NCBI GenBank assembly: GCA_051294375.1
Contig: CM119265.1
Coordinates: 25,382,297 to 25,446,153, forward strand
Reading direction: 5' to 3'
Source: Paraspadella gotoi
Taxonomy: Eukaryota; Animalia; Chaetognatha
Length of the DNA: 63,857 bases
The notes beneath the pieces are model-generated. The model searched no databases. It was not told the DNA's origin and was given only the letters and a program-made list of their open reading frames with translations. Made by a program: the position numbers and the translations under genes. This document shows positions 37,435 through 52,430 of this stretch, one piece after another; within the stretch, counting starts at the first letter, position 1; each line of letters opens with the position of its first letter.

Positions 37435-40400
37435 TAAAATATTAAAAATAAGCCGCTCCTCGTGCTTTATTGCGTGGGCTCAGTAAACCTGAAATATACT
37501 TATTTTGCTTTTTCCTTTTTAATTGTTTTTTACTTTTTTCTTCAACAACAACGAATTTCTACTTCATTTTTCGGTAGCATAATTGATTCGGCGAAGGGAA
37601 ATATTCGGGATACAGTGGCCAAACAGAAACAAACAGAAATCGGAGAGTTTCAGCGTGTTGCCAGCCGACGGACTCTCGTTCGTAAACGCTTTTTCTGGTA
37701 ATATACTTTACTATAAAAGTATAAAATATATGTTTACTTATTTGAAGAATTTTAGATTACCGAATCTGCCAGGTTTCAAACTTAAAGATTGTATGCACTA
37801 TTGTAGAGAGCAAAATATTTATAAACGATGCTTACAGGCATACAGTTCATAAGCATAGAGATGAAATAATTTCTCAATTCCTTTTTTTAATCGGGTCGAA
37901 CCTTCGCGCGCTCTGTAGACAAAATATGAAAAAAAAGTTTTATTAAATGGGTCCTTCCTTTCTATTTCGTTTTGGAATACGTGTACAAAACAGATAGTGT
38001 TTTTTTTTCAACCACAACAACGTCGGTATTAAATGTTTGTAACCGGACATTTTAGTACTTCATGATCAAGCGCGTGTGTAGAGCAGAACAGTAATCGAAA
38101 CAGTGTCCAGTTTAAACAATTATATCCGTTGTTTGGTTAAATAAAAAATAACTTCTCTTGCTTTGTACAACGAAGTAAAGAAAGTTAAAAAAGAAAAAAG
38201 AAAAATGGGATGGAATTCTGCTTTTTTCGAAATGGAATCGTATCTGAATTTCTGGTCTTTCCCGCTTTAGGAATCAACACCAAAACTGCAAAAGCAAGCA
38301 TTTTCTTCTATCTGTTTCCACTTTTTTTCCCTCCTTTTTTGGTCTTCTCAGTTTTTCTTTTATTGTTTTTTGTTTTTCCATTTTTGCGAGCGTCGAATCC
38401 TCAAGTCTGGTAAGACCCGAATGGCTTTCGAGATTTTCGTGGAATAGAAACCAGAGAAAAAAGATTTAAAATCGTGCCGCCAAAGACAGACCTGACAGAC
38501 AGATAAAGAGAGGAGCAAACGGACCAAAAATACCAGCGGAATCTGGTCCTGAAAAATTCAATGACCTTCCAGTCCTAAAAAAGATCTTTTGCCCCGGGCT
38601 GAGTCCTAAGGTCCAAAGTGAAGACCGAGTGCAGTAAGAGACCAAATTCACCTCTATTACGTACGATCGTTTTCCTGTATTGAGACGAATTCCGCTGCCG
38701 CATGCAAGCCGCGCCCCGCCGCCACACACCGTCGTCCTTTTAATGGACCCCTCATTACGATTCCACGGGTTTAATCCGAAGGGCGAAACATCGATTAACG
38801 GATTTGAGGCGGCGTCGAGGCGGTTGGAATCCGCTTCGGCGTGCGACTGCAGCGGCGACTGAGCGTCGACTGCAGAGGGCGACTGCATGGCGACTGAGCG
38901 TCCGACTGCAGCGGCGACTGCGCGCGACGCGGACATCCGCCCACGGCGGAGAACTGCAGGAGCAACTGCAGCGGCTTCATTGTCGCCACGACCATCGACG
39001 GCCGAAGCGAAATCCGTCCAGCGATCTCAAAAAAGTTTATTTTGTCATTGACTCTTGGGTCCGTCAAATAATACTCTTTACTATATCGTAAAATGTGACA
39101 TTAAACATTATACGATTGTTCATTGTCAGTGACACAATAATTTCAAGTATCTAGGTATTTTTAGAATCTTTTTAGTAGTATAGTATTAGGTATTAAAGAT
39201 TTTGCGGTGTTTTAATTACGGTTTGGTAATCGTCAAATTTATCAATTGCCACCAATGAATTAACCCGCCCCGTCGGTTGTCGGCCAATGAAAGGAAGATG
39301 ACCAAGAGAAAAATTTGGTTTTTGCCCATCGTTATATCCGATATTATCGTCCTTTCGTCTCTTGAAAACTGCGACGCGAACCGTCTTTTCGTTTTAATCA
39401 AGGTTTTCTTTTTTGTTTCCTTAAACAAAAGTCGAACAGCTTCGGGTTCTTCGGTGGGAGAATAAAAATTTAGGTGGGGGCGCCACCTGAAAACCATATT
39501 AAGTATTGGGAGATGGAAACGATGCTGAGGGTGGGCAGATGCAAATAGAAGGTGGGAGGACTGGATAAAATCTTGAGGGTGGGAGTCACCTGGAACATGA
39601 GGTGGGTATGGAAATGAGGTAGGAGATGAAAATTGAGGTGGAGAGATGGTAAAATTGGACGTAGAAGATGGAAAAATCCGAGGTGGGAGAATGAAAAATT
39701 GAGGTTGGGAGATGGAATAATTGAGGTGGGAAGGATGGAACATTTGACGGATAGGATGAAGATAGAGATGGGAAAGATTGAGAGTGGGATGATGGGAAAA
39801 TTAAGAGTGGGAATATGGAAATTGAGGTAGGAGATGGAAAATTAAAGTGGGAGCCATGAAAAATTGACGGTGGGAGTATGAAAAAATCGTCACTCCGAGT
39901 CCTTTTCGCGAATAGGATGAAAGGTACTATAGGCCACATCGTCATACATTTTTCTCTCGCGAGTCACGTCTGCACCATTTGTCTCTTTTCACATATTGCC
40001 GCTCATCATCCGCTTCATCATCGCGCTCACCACACCGCCGCTCTCAGCCAAATTGCCGCTCATCGACATGAGCCGTCACAATGGTCACCAATGCGCTCAG
40101 CAATACCGCTTTCAACCAATGCGCTCACAATGCGCTTTCTCCACTCCACAGTCGCTACTTTCTTTCCACCCACCTCCGCCGTTTAACCTTGCTCGTTTAT
40201 CGAAATCACAACTCGAGTCTGAGTTAACGATTGAGACTTTGTGTTGGTTTTCCTTCGTTGTTGCTACGTTGTCGCCTTCTCTTCTCTCGCCCTCTGGCAC
40301 GCTCGTTTTCGTTTCTCGGTTAGCATTTTCGGGATAGTCGTTGGTGCTCTCGTTCGTACGTTGTTGTGCTTGTAGTTGCCTTGTGCGTCTGCTTCTTCTA

Positions 40401-43400
40401 GAGCCTCGTTCTTGCGCCTTCCTCTCTTTGCCACGTTGTCGCCTTCGTCGTCGCCTCTTAGTATCTCATTACTTTTTTCGTGTGTGTTGTTGTGCTGTTC
40501 TTCTCTTATCCACTCCACCCGGAAACTCCTTTCCTTCCTCCGCGCCACTTCACAATGCATGACGCTCCACTTACACCTTCCCCGCTTTCGCAAAGAGACT
40601 CGAACCATTCGATCACCCTCGCCTTTGTGCTTTCGAATTCTTCTGTCGGCTGGGCCAGCGTTGGCGCGGTCAGCGAAGACAACGCGCTTTTTCGGCTCCA
40701 GCAGGCGGCGTCTACCTCGGATATGTCCGCCCAAAGCCGACAGTACCGAACCAGGACGCCTAGCAGGCCACTCCTCCAACACCGCAACACACCTTCATCT
40801 TAGCTCTGCCAAGCCCGCCAACATCACCGCACCTGCTTCATCTCTTTAAGGTTTTCCTCTACACCATTTCTCTCTCTTCCGCGCCACTCTCTGGCCATCT
40901 TCATGGCGTCAGCACGAGCCAGAGCAGCAGCACGGCCACGCGACGAGAGAGACAGAAGCAGAGAGAGAGAGCAGAGAGACGACGAGAGAGAGAGACGAGA
41001 GCAGAGGAGAGACGAGCTGACGTGACATAATCAGCCGCAGGATACATCCAGCGAGAGACTAGTGAGATTTACTCTCCCCACGGGAGCAACTCGTCTCAAT
41101 CTCTTTCCCTCTCGCTCTCTCGTCTTCCACATTAAGCCGTTTCTTCCCTTTTTGCTCTCTCGCTACTCTCTTGATTTACTTTCTTTTCCTCACCGATTAT
41201 TTCTCTCGGCTTTTCTTGATCGAATTCTTTCGGCTTCCGACCAGCATTCCATCAAGAAATCGACGAAGAAATCAGCGCTGAGCCTGGCTGCGTATATACA
41301 GGAGACTTAAATATCCGTGCGGATCCGTCGGGCGGCCAAACAGCATTCCTGGCGACGGACATCGTGGGCACGTGAATCTCGTTTTGGGAGAACCCGCTGT
41401 GGAGAATCCCGAGTGTCGCGCGAGGACATCCGCATCGGGCAGGAATCCCGCGTGGCAGGAATTCGTTGTGCGCGAGGAATCCGCCATGGAAGGCAAATCC
41501 CGTCGGAGAATCCCCAGCGTCGGGCAAGAATTCATGGGAGGACATTCTCGTGGGCGAGAACCCTGCTCGCGCGAGTCACATCCCGCTGCGAGGATCTCTT
41601 TGGGAGGAATTCCTTTGGACGCGCACTCCCGCTCCCTGGCACCGGAACTCCCTTTCGGGCAGCACTCCCGCGTTGGGCAGCGACCGCGTGGGACGGAATC
41701 CTGTTGGGCAAGGATCCCAATTGAACCCGATGTGGGAGGATCTGATGGGAGGACATCCCCGCGGCGCACGCCAATCCCCCGCCCGTGCGGCAGCCCATCA
41801 TCTCTCTGGGCGCACGGACATGTGTCAAGGACATCCCGCCTGTGGGAGCGAATTTCATGAGGACGCGAATTTCCCATCCGGGCAGAACTCCCGCTCGTCG
41901 AGGAATCCTTGGGGAGGAATTTCCGTGTGGGAGGAATCCACGGGAGGAATTCCGCGTGGGAGGAACCCGTGTGGGAGGAATCCAGTTGGGAGGATCCCGT
42001 GTGGAGAAATACCACAGCCACCTCTGACATCACATCTTGTGCATCGGGCCATCGTGAAAGTATTTATACAGAATTGTACGTATCATAAAACATTCCCGCG
42101 GGATTTTACAGCATTAAAACTCATATCTTACGCCATTTTTGACAGAATCTTAACGGCACCCGGCGCGCCATGTGAGAGGTATGAGATTAGCATTCGCCCA
42201 ACAGATCTGAAAGATGTACAACATAAACGAAATACTACGGCATCCCACGGCAAGTTCTGACAGCATAGAAACGGCATCGTCTTTGTCTCCGAAATGGTCC
42301 TTGTTTAATAATTTTCCTCGAACCGTTAAAAAAGAAAAGAAACAAGAACGGAGATTCAAAATGTGTGTTGCGCCGGCAGTAACTTTATTATCGCCGTGTA
42401 TTTCCGTGTATTTTCGAACATACTAGCAAGTTGAATAACGTCTTTATATTTTTATATAGTTTATAGTGAGAAATTATGATGAGATTTCAAAAAAAAACAA
42501 AGGCGGCCGCCTCGCATTCTTAAATTTGAAGTTTATTCCTTTCGTTTACATGAGCAAACACTCGCGGGCGAGTAATGAGCGTTTTTAACGAACGGAACAG
42601 ACGGACAGACATACCGACCGAGATCGAACTCGACCGACCGAAAAGTGACTTACAGAAGTGTGCTCGCGAGTATCGCGGCGCGACTTTAAAAATTGGTGAA
42701 GGATGAGGAAGATAATGTTGGATAAACGGGGGTGATTTTCTTTTCAGCTTTCCTTCCCCGTTTTGTCGGGAAATTCGGTTCTGCGGCCGACGATTTCATT
42801 GTTGTTGTTGTTCTGGTTCTTTGATGTTTTTTTTGTTAAAACGGTAGTTGTTAGATCCGGACCCGTACAATAGTTTGTTGTGTTGCTTGTTGTTTATTCT
42901 AAAATCGTCGTAAAAATATATATAGAAAACGATATTCTTCGCATACTTTTCATTCCGTTATTGTTCGAGGGGTGGGATGGAAGGCCTTGTTATTATCCCT
43001 TTTTTTCCTTTCTTTTCTCGTTGTCTTTTCTTTTTCTTTATTAATACTCTGTTTTTTTTCTTTTTTTTCTTTTCCTTTTCCCTCCTTTCTTTTCCTTTTC
43101 CTTCACCTTTTTTCATTTTGCTTTTCTTTCCTAGAGCGCCTTTTCTTTTCTTTTTCTTTAATCCTTTTTTTCTTTTTTTCCTTTTCTTGTTTCCTCCTTT
43201 TCTTTTATTTATTTTTTTGTCTTTTCACTTTTCTTTTCTTTCTTTATTTCTTTTTCTTTTCCTTCCTTTTCTTTTCTTTTTCTTTCATTTCTCCTTTCTT
43301 TTCCCCTCTTCCTTTTCCTTTGAGTCTTCTTTCTCTTATCTTCTTGCCTTTTCTATTATCTTTTTTATTTTTTTCCTTTTCTTTCTTTTTTTCCACTTGA

Positions 43401-43910
43401 TAATCTTCTCTGCGTTATACTTAAAGATACAATTAAATGTGACGATTGACTTTACAATGGGGAGCTCTTGAGGAACAGTTCCAGGAATACTTTTTCTACA
43501 ATTCTTTTTTTTTTTACAGCGTTCTAATTCTAACTCTTAAAAGTCTTTATATTTTCTTTTCCTCTTTTTCAAGAAACGTCTTCGTCTCTCATTCTTGTTC
43601 CTTGATCTTTTATCGTTTCTCAAACTTTTTTCGTCTTTATAGCTGCCCAGATCCATTTTCGCCGATTTTTAGTTTCTTTTCGCTCCGTCAGTTCCCATCC
43701 CCGGTCGCCTATCTCGTTTTTTTTCACACCGTTGTCAAAACGTTTTTAATTTTCGTGAACTCGACCGCATTGAGGTCCTCTCTCTCATCTCTCAGTCTCT
43801 GCTTATCTCTCCCGTGCTCAGTTCTCCGATCTCCTCTCTCTCTCTCTCTCTCTCTTCTCTTCTCTCTCTCTCTCTCTTCTCTCTCTCTGCTCTCTCTCTC
43901 TTCTCTCTCC
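36252..43910 (-). repeat. Inverted copy 2 of the locus
   Basis: 36252-~37380 matches 15571-~16700 (offset 20681) and ~39505 onward matches ~18980 onward (offset 20525), with identical ORF translations. Confidence 0.95.
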
Positions 43911-44093
43911 CTTTTTCTTTTCCATTTTTTCCATTTTTCATTCCATTTCCATTTCATGTTTTGTTTTTTTCCGTCGACGATCGCGATGTTGGATCAGGTG
44001 TTGATCTGAAAAATGGATCTTTATTTCCATTCGAAAGGAATAATTAGGCGGAAAAATGAATGTACAATGAGTCGTCGGTGGGTGAGGAAGGCC

Positions 44094-44176
<83 letters not shown>

Positions 44177-44267
44177 AATTTCCCCTCCAGGAGAGTTATT
44201 TTTGTTTACGGATTTAGAATAAAAAAACATATAGAATTAAAACAGGAAAGAATGAAGAGAGAGAGAG

Positions 44268-44332
<65 letters not shown>

Positions 44333-47189
44333 ACCCGTTTCAACGTGGTTATATTATAAATTTAATTTTTTTTATAAAATGTAATTTTAAAATCTTTTTT
44401 TACGTGAGGATTAGTTTTTTCGGATTATTTTAAAATCTCCAGTCGAGCATAAAAAACTTTTAGTCTTTATTAACGAATTCAAATTACATAATTATGGGTA
44501 ATTTTCTTTCAGTTTTTTACTAAATGATTTTGGCACTTTAAAACTTTAAATATTTAGTTTATATATTCTCAGATAAACATTAGTTTCTTTTAAGCGAAAA
44601 TATACAAAAAGTTTTAGTGCGAAAGATTTATTTTCGGGCAATGATTCAATTATTCAATAATTTAAATTATTTCCCGAAAATTATAATTTAATAAACGAGC
44701 TTCCTTCCGATTAACGCTCTTTTCCCTCGAGATCGGCCCTGCCAAAAGATAAACCCCAATGCGCCTCCGCCTTCCACACCCCCCCCTTTAGCGGGCTCCA
44801 GCAACAGCTGATTTTCCTTTTTCTTCTCCATCATATCGATGACTTAACTCCATCAGACCAACCAAGGGCTAATCTCGGATTCAACGCATCGACTTCCGAA
44901 AAGTCGCTCGAGTAATCAAGCTTCGCTTTACACCCGCTCTCTCGCTGCTTGCCTTTTCTTTCTTAGCGTTTAATTCTCATGAACTTAACCTCCCCCTTCG
45001 GCGCCCCCCACCGGGAACGCGCCCTACTTTCCCTCTCCTCCCCCTCCCCCGCCGGTGCGCTTGTAATTAAGGAGAACGTTTAGCGCGCGCCAGAGGGCGA
45101 ACCCCCCTCCACGGTTAACCCTCATCTTCATTTGGTTGTCGCCTTGAGGCCGACAACCCCGAACGAAATTGTAAATTAAAGATTTATGTCTGTTTGTATT
45201 CTATTGTATTGTATTGTATTGTTTGTATTGTATTATATTGTATTGTATTGTATTATTTAGTCGCTCAAGATCCTCTCTTGATGATAAAATATCCGGAAAG
45301 TTGTTTTTTAAAATTGTTAAATGATAAAAAGGAGAGCGAGCTTTTGGAGAGTTCTATTGTTTTTTTTCTAATTTTTATCCGATCTGCTGACAACAGATTC
45401 CGACACTATTCCACTTTGTCGGTCCGTCGGTCCACAACCGAATATTTTCGGTAGTCACTCACATCACCTCAGAATATCGAATATGATAAATTATGCAAAA
45501 AAATTTGAATTCCGTCCGTCTTTCTATCTGTCTGTCTAAATTAATTAATTATCCGATCAGCTAATTATGCTTATATCGTGTGCAGGTCCAATCATTGTTT
45601 CTCGAACTTTTTATATTTTCAGATTTATTTGTTTTATATGTCATTTAAACTTCTTTTTCATACAATTCTATCCTTCCTTTGTCTTCTTTTTTTCTATTTG
45701 CGATTTTCGCGAGATTACCTCCCCCCTTCCACTCCTCTCCTCAACTTGCCCCCCCCCTCCTGTCTGGATTTTTCACCTAACGATCCTTCAACAAAGAAAG
45801 TCTCCTTTTGCCAAAAAAACATTTTCTTTATTTTTTTTCCACTCAAATTCTCCATTTTACTTTCTTTGTTCTTTTCTTTAATATTTATTAGTTCTTTTAT
45901 TAATAAAAGTTTTCTGTATTTATCTAATCTTAGCTAAGATGTCATGTATTTTTTTTTTGTTGTTAGTTTTTGTTTGTTGCGTGGTTGAAATGTTTATTTA
46001 TTTATATTTTATAATTATATATATATATATATATATTTATATTTACTATTTATATTATATTATGATATAATTTATAATTTATAAAAAAATGTAAGAAACA
46101 TTTTATAAAAAAAAACAGAAAACAGCCAGAAAAATACACAAAAAACACAGCTCAGAACACAACACAAAACCCAAAACGGAAAAAAGGGGAAAACAATTTG
46201 GTAAAAATTAGGAAAAAATCCCTAAATGAAGAGGATTTATGTTTTTTCCCGGCAGATGGTCGTCGGTCGATCCCTGACTTTGGGTTCGGTGCCATTGAAA
46301 GTTGAGCAAGCTTTTGCGCTATGAATCCAGACTTTGTAACCTTAACACGAAAATTTTCTAATATCCTGGAACCAAGCTATTTGTAAGATAGTTTTAAACT
46401 TTAGCTGGCACGATGCCAATGCTTTCGACGCCATTTAAAATGTTAAGCAAGCCGTTGACCTCTTTAACCATTCTGCAGCTTTCCGTCCTTATTAAGCAAG
46501 CTTTGACGCCATTTAAATTAGAAGCAAGCTTTTAACTCCATGTTAAGCAAGTTTTTATCGGATTAAGTTTGAAACTTAAAAGTCGTGAAAGCGGACGATC
46601 CAAAACAGGCTTTCGAAGGATCAACGCCCAGAAACAGGTCAGGAGTCATCCGACATCTTTAACACCCGGCGCCTCACGCCTGGCGCCGGCGCATTCAGTT
46701 TGATGGTTGTTGTGTGGGAATCGAGCGCCGAGAGGTTGCTCCGGTGCAAAGGCAAGTTGAGACTTGCCAGTGTAAGAGGCGATAACACCCGAGGTTGGCG
46801 CATTGCGTGGGGCGGGTGAGTTCACTTCGGTCACAATGCCGCCGCGCCGCCGCCGCAGTCGCCGCCGCCGTCGCAGCGACGCCATTCATCGACTTTCTAT
46901 GCAAACATCGGAATAATTTCTTGGGTCGTCGTCGTCGCGTCGTCGTCATTTTCCCGTCTGGAGTTGACGTAGATATCATTTTTAATAAGTCATTTTTTTC
47001 TGTTTTTATTGATAAACTTTTTCATCATTAATTCAATCGCAAGGGTCGTCCGTCGCGTCGTCGTCGTCGTTCGTCGTCGTCGTCATTTTCTTCATAATCA
47101 TCTTTTTGCTTCTGATTGTAAACGATTCGTGAAAGAGAAACATGAATTATTTTCTGTCCTGCCAATGGTGAGAGAGAGAGAGAGGAGAG

Positions 47190-47247
<58 letters not shown>

Positions 47248-47252
47248 AGAAC

Positions 47253-47306
<54 letters not shown>

Positions 47307-50300
47307 TTTTTCTTCGCCTTTTATTTTCCAGAGGTGAAAGAAAATCAGAACATGAAATTGAATGAAAGGAAATGTTGTTCTTTTTGTTCTCTTTGTTTTG
47401 ATTTGTCAGTTTTCTATATTTTTCCCCTCTCAGTGGCGATTTGTTTTGTTCCGTTTTCTGAGAGGCTGTTTTGTTTTCTTTTTCCTTTCGTGTCCAACGC
47501 TCGTATTCGTTTGCGAATCTTTCATTAATGTATGTGTTGCTTTTAAAGTTTCACGACGATGTTCAGTGATGTAGGTAGTTTAGTAGAACGAAATCAACTT
47601 TAGATTTATTTCCTTTGCCAAATTAAACTTTAACCGTTTTCCATTTTGTCTCCATTTGTTTTTCGAGGTTCCTGTTTTTCTGTTTCCTGTGCCTCCTTGT
47701 TTTGTTTGGCCTCTCATTCACATTTCTTTTCCACTCACGAAATTCGTCTCACGTGAATCGGAATCTTTTTTTTTTAGTTCGATCTGAAGGAGAATTTGGT
47801 TTTGAATCATGAGGTGATGTTGGTAAATGAACAGTTAAAATAAACAAGGATGGTAAAATGATAAATAATACATGATAAAAAATACAAAAAAGTAAACAGT
47901 GACATTTCTTTAATTTTTTTTTTTTTTTGTTTCCTAAAATTGAGTGTGTGAATTTAGACTTCGGGGATCGTGGAGTAACTCTATAAGTCATTTTGGTCGG
48001 TCTGTCGTCGGTCGGTTGGTATATCTGTTGTCGGTCTATCAACTTACGTAAATTCATAAATTTGCCTATAGTTGACGATTGCTCATTTGTTTAAACAGCG
48101 CATGTCATGTAATGTAGCTTCATTCACAGAAATACTCATGATAAGCAACACATTTGAATTACCGTTCTTGTTATATATCCTCTCTTCAATTTAACGATTA
48201 ATGATTAATTTAATTTTTTTGCGAAACATTTTTCCCTATTACTCACCCTTCTTTACTTTCTTTCTGTTTCTCTTACCTTTTCCACTTTCCTCTCATCCTT
48301 ACTTCACTTCTTTTCTCAAACTAATCTCCTCGTCTCTTAAGAAGATCGTTAGTTTCGCCGTCTAATATTTCTTCTCTTCTTTTTTCACTTTACGTTTTCG
48401 ATATTCAAACGATCGAGGCGCATCGTCGTCGTCGTCGTCACCGGTCGTCGTCATCGTCGTCGTCACCGTCGTCACCCGCATTATATTTGTTTCTTTTCCT
48501 CGTAATCTCATCTGTACTTAATTTCCATGCTCTCTCCTTCGTCTTTTATAACTTACCCTGTCTCTACCAACGTCACGCACTCCGTGTCCTTCCCATGCAA
48601 TCTTTGACTTTGTCTTTCAACTTTGTGTCCTTCCCACAGGAGCTTTTCCTATGTCCTCCAACGAATCTTTTTCCCATGTTTTTTCTACCTACATCTTTTT
48701 GTCCTATAGACTTTGAGTATAGAGTATACAGTGACAGTCTATACAATATAACCTCTTGTCCTTCCCTTTTCCTTGTCCTCCTCCCATTCACAACTCTTGT
48801 CCTTCTCCTTTCCTTGTCCTCCTCCCATTCACACCTCTGTCCTTCCACCTCAATTTCCTGTCCTCATTTTCCTTGTCCACCCGCGTTCCTCGATTATGAT
48901 GCATTGGCGCCAGAGGACGACCATCTGGTATCAACTTTGCACGGACTCATCATAAACCTGAATTACAGGAGACAGGTTCATAGCGAGATAAGATTTCTAG
49001 CGTTGATTGTAGTATGAATAAGAAAACATTGTACAATGTACATTGTACATACTGAGTGCAGTTTTAAACAAGAAGTTTTTATTGGTTGTACAATTTAATA
49101 GTGTCAACTTGTCAACGGAAACAACTTGACGTTTATGAGGAGTTTAATAAACTATTACCCTATCTAATACTTTAAGTGGGAGGTTCTTTTATATAATTGA
49201 AAATTTATTCATTAAATGTATAACACTTCATTGATATGAAAGCCGGAATTAGGGTGTTAATAGACTAGTGTGTGAGAGAGTATTGACAGCTCGTATGGTC
49301 CGTTATTAATCCAACATAGCCTTTTGATAAGGCAAGATGCTTATTTATTATAATTTATGAATATTCTTCTTTATTGATTGTAACAATATCAGAGCATCCC
49401 TCATACGATTATTTTTTCGCTTCTGTTCTTAGTTCAAAGAAGATTCTGTCCCGCTTTACGAAAAGAGTAAGGCAATTAGATAAGTTTCGAGGTGAAGTAA
49501 GTTAGCTATTAGTTTACGAGGTAACTCTTTTTTTTTTGACAAAGCGGATTGACGTTGTAAGGAAGTGAAGAGAACGAATCATGTTTGAAGTAGAAAAAGA
49601 AAAAAAGAGAAAGAAGAAAGAAATAGATGTGTGAAACGGTAGGGGGCGACGGGTCGACGTCGGGACACGCCCATTTGTCAGGCGTAGAACGACGCGTATC
49701 TCGTCCGTCCGGGAAATATTTCGCTTCTTTTTTTATTCGAATTTAAAAATTTGTTTATTTGAGAGAGAGGGAGAGAGAGGAGCGAGAGGAGAGGAGAGCG
49801 AAGAGCGATAGAGAGAGAAAGGATGGAGAGAGAGAGAGCCAGAGAGAGAGAGAGAGAGAGGAGAGAGATGAGAAGAGAGAGGCGAGAGAGGAGGAGGAGA
49901 GAGAGAGAGAGGACTCAAGGTCGAGTTCACGAAAAATAAAACGTTGAAACTGTTGAAAAAAAGGAAAGGGGGAAGTGAGGACTGAGGAGAGAAAGAAACA
50001 AAAATCGGGAAAATGGATTGAGTATTAAAGACGAAAAAGATTTAGAAGATTAAAAGAAAGAAAAGAAAGGAGCAGACTTTTTGAAAGAGGAATAGAATAT
50101 AAGACTTTTAGAGTTGAATTAGAACGCTGTAAAAATAAAAGAATTGTAGAAAAAGTATTCTGGAACTGTTCCTCAGAGCTCCCCATTTAAAGTTCTAATC
50201 GTCACATTAATTGATATCTTTAATATCAACGCCAGAGAAAGATATCAAGTGGAAAAAAAAAAAGAAAAGAAAAAGAAAAAGGAAAAGGAAAGAAAGGAGA

Positions 50301-52345
50301 AATGAAAAGAAAAGACAAGAAAAGGAGAAAAGAAGAAAATAAAGAAAAAAGGGGAAAAGAAAAAGAAAAATAAAAGAAGGAGAAAAGAAAAAGAAAAAAA
50401 GAAAAAAAAGGATTAAAAGAAAAAGAAAAGAAAAAGGAGAAAAGAAAAAGCAAAAGAAAAAAGGATAAAAAAAAGAAAGAAAAGAGGAAAGAAAAAAGAA
50501 AAAGAAAAAAAGGATTAAGAAAAGAAGAACGGAGGAAAAGAAAAGGAAAAAGGAAAAAAAGGCCTCCTCCCACCCTCGAACAAAAACGAATGAAAAGTTG
50601 AGAAATCGTTTTCAATATATATTTTACGACGATTTTAGAAATAAACAAAAACACACAACATTTGTACGGCCGACAACAACTACTTAACAAAAAAAACATC
50701 AACAACCAGAACAACAACAACAATGAAATGTCGGCCGCAGAACCGAATTTTCCCGACAAACGGGAAAGGAAAGCTGAAAAGAATCACCCCGTTTATCCAA
50801 TATCTTCCTCATCCCTCACCCAATTTTTTTAAGTCGCGCGCGGCGTACTCCGAGCAACTCTGTAAGTCACTTTTCGGTCGGTCGATCGATCGGTCGGTAT
50901 GTCTGTCCGTCTGTCCGTCGTTAAAAACTCTCATTACTCGCCGCGAGTTGGTTGCCATTTGTTAACACAGGAATAAACCTCAAATTAAGAGACTGCGAGC
51001 GCCGCCTTTTGTTTTTTGTTGAGAAATCTCAATAATTTCTCATATAAACTATAAAAAATAAAAGACGTTATTCCAATGCATAGTGTCGAAAATACACGGA
51101 AATACACGGGATAAAAAGTTACTGCGGCGCAACACACATTGAATCTCCGTTCTTGTTTTCTTTTTTAAGGTCGAGGATTTTAAAAGGACCATTTCGGAGA
51201 ACAGACGATGCCGTTTATGCTGTCAGATGCCGTGGGATGCCGTAGTATTTCGTTTAATGTTGTCACATTCTTTCAGATGTTGGCGAATGCTAATTATACT
51301 TTCATGGCGCCGGGTGCCGTAAGATTCGTCTAAATGGCGTAAGATATGATTAATGCGTAAGATCCCGGGAATGTTTTATGATACCGTACAATTCTGATAA
51401 ATACTTTCAGATGCGCCAGATGCCACAAGATGTGATGTCAGAGGTGGCTGTGGTATTTCTCCACACGGGATTCCTCCCAACTGGATTCCCCCACACGGGA
51501 TTCCTCCCACGCTGGATCCTCCCCGTGGGATTCCTCCCACACGGAATTCCTCCCCAAGGAATTCCTCCCACACGGGATTCCTCCCCATGGAATTCCCTCC
51601 ATAAAATTCCTCCACACGGAATTCCTCCCACACAGATTCCTCCCAAAGAATTCCTCCACGCGGATCCTCCCACACGGATTCCTCCCATGCAGGATTCCTC
51701 CCAATCGGTTCCTTTGGATTCCTCCCAACAGGCATTCCTCCACGCGGGATTCCTCCCACGCGGGATCCTCCAAAGGAATTCTTCCACACGGGATTCCTCA
51801 AAGGAATCTCCCAAAGGAATTCCTCCACGCCGGGATTCCTCCCACACGGGGTTCCTCCCCACAGATTCCTCCCATGGAATTCCTCCCACGCGGGATTCCT
51901 CCCATACGGGATTCCTCCCATGCGGGATTCCTCCACACGGAATCCTCCACGCGGGATTCCTCCCATCGGGATTCTCCCACACGGGATTCCTCCACACGGG
52001 ATTCCTCCAAACGAATTCCTCCCGGGAATTCCTCCCAGGATGCTGGTTTTGCCGCCCCGGACATCGCCACGATATTTAGTCTCCTATACCAGCCAGGCTC
52101 AGCCTGATTTTCTCGTCTATTCTCTGATGGAATTGCGTGTTGGAAGCCAGAAATTCGATCCAAGATAAATCCGGAGAGAAATAAATTGAGAAAAAAATAA
52201 ATCAGAGAGATAGCGAGAACAAAAAGGGGAAGAAATGCTTAATGGGGAAAGACAAGAGGGGCGGAAAGAAAATTGAGACATTGTCCCGTGGAAATAAATC
52301 TCACTATCTCTCGCTAGTTATTTCCTCGCTGATTTATTTCACTCA

Positions 52346-52430
<85 letters not shown>

